From: Pristiophorus japonicus
Taxonomy: Eukaryota
Reading direction: 5' to 3'
Length of the DNA stretch: 64,000 nt
NCBI RefSeq assembly: GCF_044704955.1
Contig: NC_091980.1
Location: 196,850,001-196,914,000, forward strand
Part shown: positions 1 through 64,000 of the stretch, piece by piece
Layout of the letters: every line of letters begins with the position of its first letter
Numbering within the stretch: the stretch's first letter is position 1
Position numbers and translations under genes: made by a program
The notes under the pieces: generated by a model
The model's input: the letters and a program-made list of their open reading frames with translations, nothing else
Told to the model about the DNA's origin: nothing
Databases searched by the model: none

Positions 1-142
1 CAGTTGCTTGCCCTGTTCACACAAGTCCCAGATGCGCTGAGCTGTTTGGCAGTATCGCTGATAGCAACTTGTCGTGCAAAAGCCCATGGAAAGTTGATGA
101 GCAAATGCAACTATAACTTTGCCACACAGCAAAATCCAGCCC
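1..142. mobile_element. Terminal part of an old MITE (same family as 1062-2235 and 23400-25690)
   Basis: Similar to 2070-2235 and to the reverse complement of 23400-23580; ends cagcaaaatccagccc. Confidence 0.55.
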
Positions 143-223
143 ATAATGTTTGATCCCAGGCTGCCTATGGAAATGTCCAATACAGTAACAAGGGACACAC
201 TAGCCCATGTACTTCCCTTTAAA

Positions 224-417
224 TAAAAATAGAAAATGCTGAAAATCTCAGGCAACATCTGTGGAGAGAGAAACAGAGTTAACATTTCAGGTCGATGACC
301 ATTCATCAGATGTTAACTCTGTTTCCCTCTCCACAAATGCTGCCTGACCCGCTGAGATTTCCAGCATTTGCTGTTTTTATTTCAGATTCCAGCATCCACA
401 ATATTTTGCTTTTATAT
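224..417. mobile_element. Penelope-like element terminal repeat, two copies in inverted arrangement
   Basis: 224-310 is the reverse complement of the same repeat that runs forward at 311-417; homologous to 34123-34254 and 55430-55535; flanked by ttccctttaaa at 213-223 and 418-428. Confidence 0.75.
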
Positions 418-676
418 TTCCCTTTAAAATAGGATTATGGAATGATTCAATAAAATCTATTCTCCTTTTACACAATTGTATTTTAGCACATGGCAAACCA
501 GACTTCCAAACTGAAAATAAGCTATGTCCTTATTAAATTTATCACCTTTGTATAGTTTTGCATGATATCTGAAAAATAAATTAAGACAAAAAGTATATTT
601 ATTCTGCATATTAAACCACTTTTTAGATTTCTAATCTGTGAAAAGGAGTGAAACAATAGAGGCAAACATCACTTAC

Positions 677-60265
<59,589 letters not shown>

Positions 60266-61669
60266 CTAAGCACATTTAAAGCTTTGTTTTAGACCAGCGG
60301 ATGTAAGACCAAGTGCTTAAACAATAAGTAGTACAATTTTATAGACTGTCGCTACCAGAGCAATCAGATTTAGTATCTGCTAGACTCATTAAAACCGTTA
60401 ATTCCACTTTTCAAGTTAGAAGCTTTATCTAAGGTAATGGATAACAGCCAATACTGGATGTGACACTGCATCAGTTTTTTTTTTAAAACTAGAGATAACA
60501 CTTCAATCACAAACTTTCTCTCCACTCATTAGTTTTGCATATTAAGCAGATTAGATGATCCTCACAGGGTTCCAAAGTGATTAAAAAAATCCATAGTACT
60601 TTGAATAAAGAAATGCATTTTGAAAAACTTACCCTATAAAGCATGCTCATATATTAGATGGCACAAATGTAGTTTAATTAAAAATGCAACAAATTACTTA
60701 AACAGCATTGATGAAACAGAGCAGTATTGTGTAAGGAACAATACTCCAGATAGGTCAAGAAAGAAGACAATAACTTAGTAAATTTTTACCTTCAAAATCC
60801 AGTCAACGTTAATCCCATGACAAAAGGTCAGAAAAAGGCTTCTATATGAAATTAAACCTTGCATGTGTCGTTGCCAAGCTCTCTGATATGGGAGTGAAAT
60901 GTACTTGTATGATTCATCGGGGCGAGGGTGAAAACCAGGCAGATCAGGCTCCGATGACATCACTGGGGCCCCGACTGCAGTATAAACCCGAGACCTGAGT
61001 GGGGAATCGGTGGTGGATTCCGCGTAAAGTTGTTGGGAAATGGATTCAGGACCAGAAAGGTATGGAAAAGGATTTATATTTTGTTTCCTTGTGGGACAGG
61101 AGTCCGGACCCCACAAGGAAATGTTGGGACTTTCCCGCCCCAGGCATCCCTCCCCTCCCCCTTGCCTGACCACAATCCTGGAGAGATTTCCCACCCACCC
61201 CACTCCACTCCTGATGGTCTCTTGCTACCTGATTTTAACGGCCAGGCAGCCACTTGCCGCTGACTCCCAAGCCCTTTTGGTCAGGACATGCTGATGAGAC
61301 ACGGTCATTAAGATCGGCTGAGCCTTCCTGCTGCTGCTCCCGGACAGGCCAAACATTCCTAGGCCGCGGTCCCATCCGATACTTAAATCATGTCAATGCA
61401 AAGCGATTAAATCATTGATATTGCACCAATAAATTGTTCTCTGTCTTGTTATCTTTTTCCTTTCCTTTGAAAGCCTAGTATACAATCTTCCACCTTTCTG
61501 CTTGGCATTCTCCTCTCCATATTCTAAAGCACTCTGAATGTTCTTCAGTTTGAGGAGTGCTATGTAAATGAAAGGCTTTGTTACCGTTCAGTAAATCTGT
61601 GTTAATTGTAGGGAAACTACATTAAACTACAGGAAATTTCCCAGTTTTTATGCCAATTTTTTCTTATTT

Positions 61670-62540
61670 GTTCTCGATGTGGGTAATGTAGCCTGCATTC
61701 ATTGTCTATCCCTAGCTGCCCCCAGACGGTGATGGGAGTTTTCTCCTTGAACTGCTGCAAACCTAGTGGTGATGGTGCTCCCATGATGGAATTAAGTAGG
61801 GAATTGTATGATACATAACTACTGACGATGAAGGAATAGTGACATATATCCCAGTTAGAATGGTGTGTGTAACTTGGGAGGGGAATTTGGAGGTGATGGT
61901 GTTCCCATGACATTGCTGCTCTCATCGTTCTTGGTGATAGAGGTTGCAGGGAACAAATGTAAGTTAACTTAGTGAGTTCATGTAGATCATACATACTAGA
62001 GCTGCAGTGTGCCCATGAGGGAAGGATTAGATACTGAATCCATTGGCATCTAGCGTGGGTGCTGTTCAGCTTTCTGTGGCAGCACCCACCCAGACAAATG
62101 GTGACTTTCTATCATACTCCTGATATGGATTGTGTAGATTGTGGACAGGTTTTGAGGGATCAAGAAGTGAGCCACTCAGCACAAAGTACCCAGCTTCTGC
62201 CCTGCTCTTATAACCATGGTTCTGATATGGTTGGTCCAATTAATCTCAGTCAATGGTGATCCCCAAGATGCTAATGGTAGGGGACACAGGTGGTGCTGTT
62301 GGAGTTCAGGAGAAGATGGTTGGGATGGTTGGGCCTTTTGTTCAAGATGGTCATTCCCTGGCACTTCTATGGTGCAATTGTTACCTGCCACTCATCAGCC
62401 CAAACTTGGATGTTATCCAGGTTCTACTATTGCGTGGCATGGATATGTTTCATTATCGGAGTAGTTGTGAACAGCGATAAGTACTGTAGAATCAACAACA
62501 AACAGCCTCACTCCTGACATTATGATGGATGGGAGATTAT
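61670..62540 (-). mobile_element. Degraded LINE 3' fragment (CR1-related)
   Basis: NWTNHIRTMVIRAGQKLGTL resembles a LINE ORF2 C-terminal region. Confidence 0.5.
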
Positions 62541-62904
62541 CTAAGTGTGGTTGGGCTTTCCTGACCAAGGTAGGTTATTTTAACCTTTCCAGTTAAACTA
62601 TCGGTTCCCTTAACTATATATATACTTTTACACAAAATATTCACATTCACTTTATCTTGTAATTTGCAAGACAAGCCCCTGGATGTTTTTAATGCTGTTC
62701 CTTGTTTGATCCATTGCAAGGCATTTTTAAAGATTCATTTTCATGATGTGGGTGTCACTGGAAAGACTGGCATTTACTGCACATCCCTAGATGCCCTAAA
62801 AAGGTGATGGTGGCCTTCTTGAACCACTGCAGATGAAGATGCTTGCACAATGGTTTTAATTAGGGAGTTCCAGGATTTTGACACATCGATGATGAAAGAA
62901 CAGA

Positions 62905-63513
62905 GATCTGGTAACAAGTCTGGATTAATTAATGATCTCGTAATGAAGGATCATCTTGGGAAGAGTGATCATAGCATGATAGAATTTCAAATTCAGTTTG
63001 AGGATCTCAAACTAGTGTCCTGGACTTAAATAAAGGTAATTAGAAAGGTATGAAGGCAGAGTTGGTTAAAGTGGATTGGGAAAATATATTAAAGGGTAAG
63101 ATTGTAGAAAAGCAATGGCAAATATTTAATGAGATATTTCATAACTCTCAGCAAAGATATATTCCAGTGAGAAAGACTAAGAGAAGGATGAACCATCCAT
63201 GGCGAACTAAGGAAGTAAAGGATGGTATCAAACTGAAAACAAAGGCATACAATGTTGCGACGAACAGTGGAAGGGCAGAGGATTGGTAAATGTTTAGAAA
63301 CCAGCAAAGGACGATTTAAAAAATAATAAAGAGAGAGAAGATAGTTTATGAGAGTAAACTAGCAAGAAATATAAAAACAGACAGTAAGAGCTTCTATAGG
63401 TATCTAAAAAGGAAGAGAGTAGCTAAGGTAAACGTTGGTCCAGAGAGGATGAGTCTGGAGAATTAATAATGGGAAGCAGGGAAATGGCAGAGACTTTGAA
63501 CAAATATTTTGTA
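62905..63513 (+). mobile_element. CR1 ORF2 fragment, interrupted at 63513
   Basis: LGKSDH motif; similar to 51340-51970. Confidence 0.85.
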
Positions 63514-64000
63514 CAGATTGAGCGTCTGAAATCCAGAGTTCCAAAATTCAGAATGTTCTGGAATTCGGACACCGAGCCGATCCGTGGTGGGGTCATCTGG
63601 AAACCGGAAAATGTTCCGAAATCCAGACTTCCCCCACCTTGGCGGCCCGACTTCGCCCGCCCCGGCCCTCGGCGGCCCGACCTCGCCCCGGCCCTGGGTA
63701 GCCCGACCTCGCTCCAGTCCTACCTCGCCCCAGTCCTCGGCAGCCCGACCTCGCTCCGGCCCTCAGTGGCCCGACCTCCGGCCCGACTTCACCGCGACTT
63801 TGCCCGCCCCGACTTCGCCCGCAACGGACCCCACCCCAGCCCTGGCTTCCCCCTTCTCCCCTTGGACCGGCTCCCCCGTCTTCTCCCCCCCCCCGGTCTC
63901 AGCACCCCCCTTATCTCGGCTTCCAGACTCCACCTACCTCGACCCAGGCAAAGACGTTCCAAAACCCGGAAATACCTGGAATCCGGAACAGCCTCGGTCC
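63514..64000. mobile_element. Tc1/mariner (pogo/Tigger-like) MITE, truncated by window end
   Basis: Inserted after a TA of the CR1 (aaatattttgTA|cagattga); subterminal aatccgga-type repeats; internal ggcccgacctcgccc tandem units. Confidence 0.55.

Overview
Eukaryotic DNA, most likely from a cartilaginous fish (inferred from the CR1, DeuSINE/SacSINE1-like and Penelope repeat content). The window holds 21 consecutive coding exons (3,143 nt, ~1,047 codons, all splice phases consistent) of a ryanodine receptor on the minus strand, best matching RYR3. They run from the end of the helical/bridging solenoid through the central domain, EF-hands, divergent region 1, S1-S2 and the S2-S3 loop, and the gene continues beyond both ends. 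The introns are packed with often nested transposable elements: a PIF/Harbinger deletion derivative that kept its spliced Myb/SANT gene but only ~12 transposase codons, many 3-bp-TSD MITEs, a decayed full-length Ty3/Gypsy element, a solo LTR, CR1/L2/RTE LINEs (one CR1 nearly intact), tRNA-derived SINEs, hAT- and Tigger-like MITEs, and three Penelope fragments carrying minimal hammerhead ribozyme cores. The best leads are a core-intact hammerhead in sense orientation in an RYR3 intron, a candidate poison exon, an 18-nt microexon with regulatory hallmarks, and the Harbinger Myb/MITE system. I see no clearly new biological system; family names come from recalled motifs, not database searches, and boundaries of old repeats are approximate.
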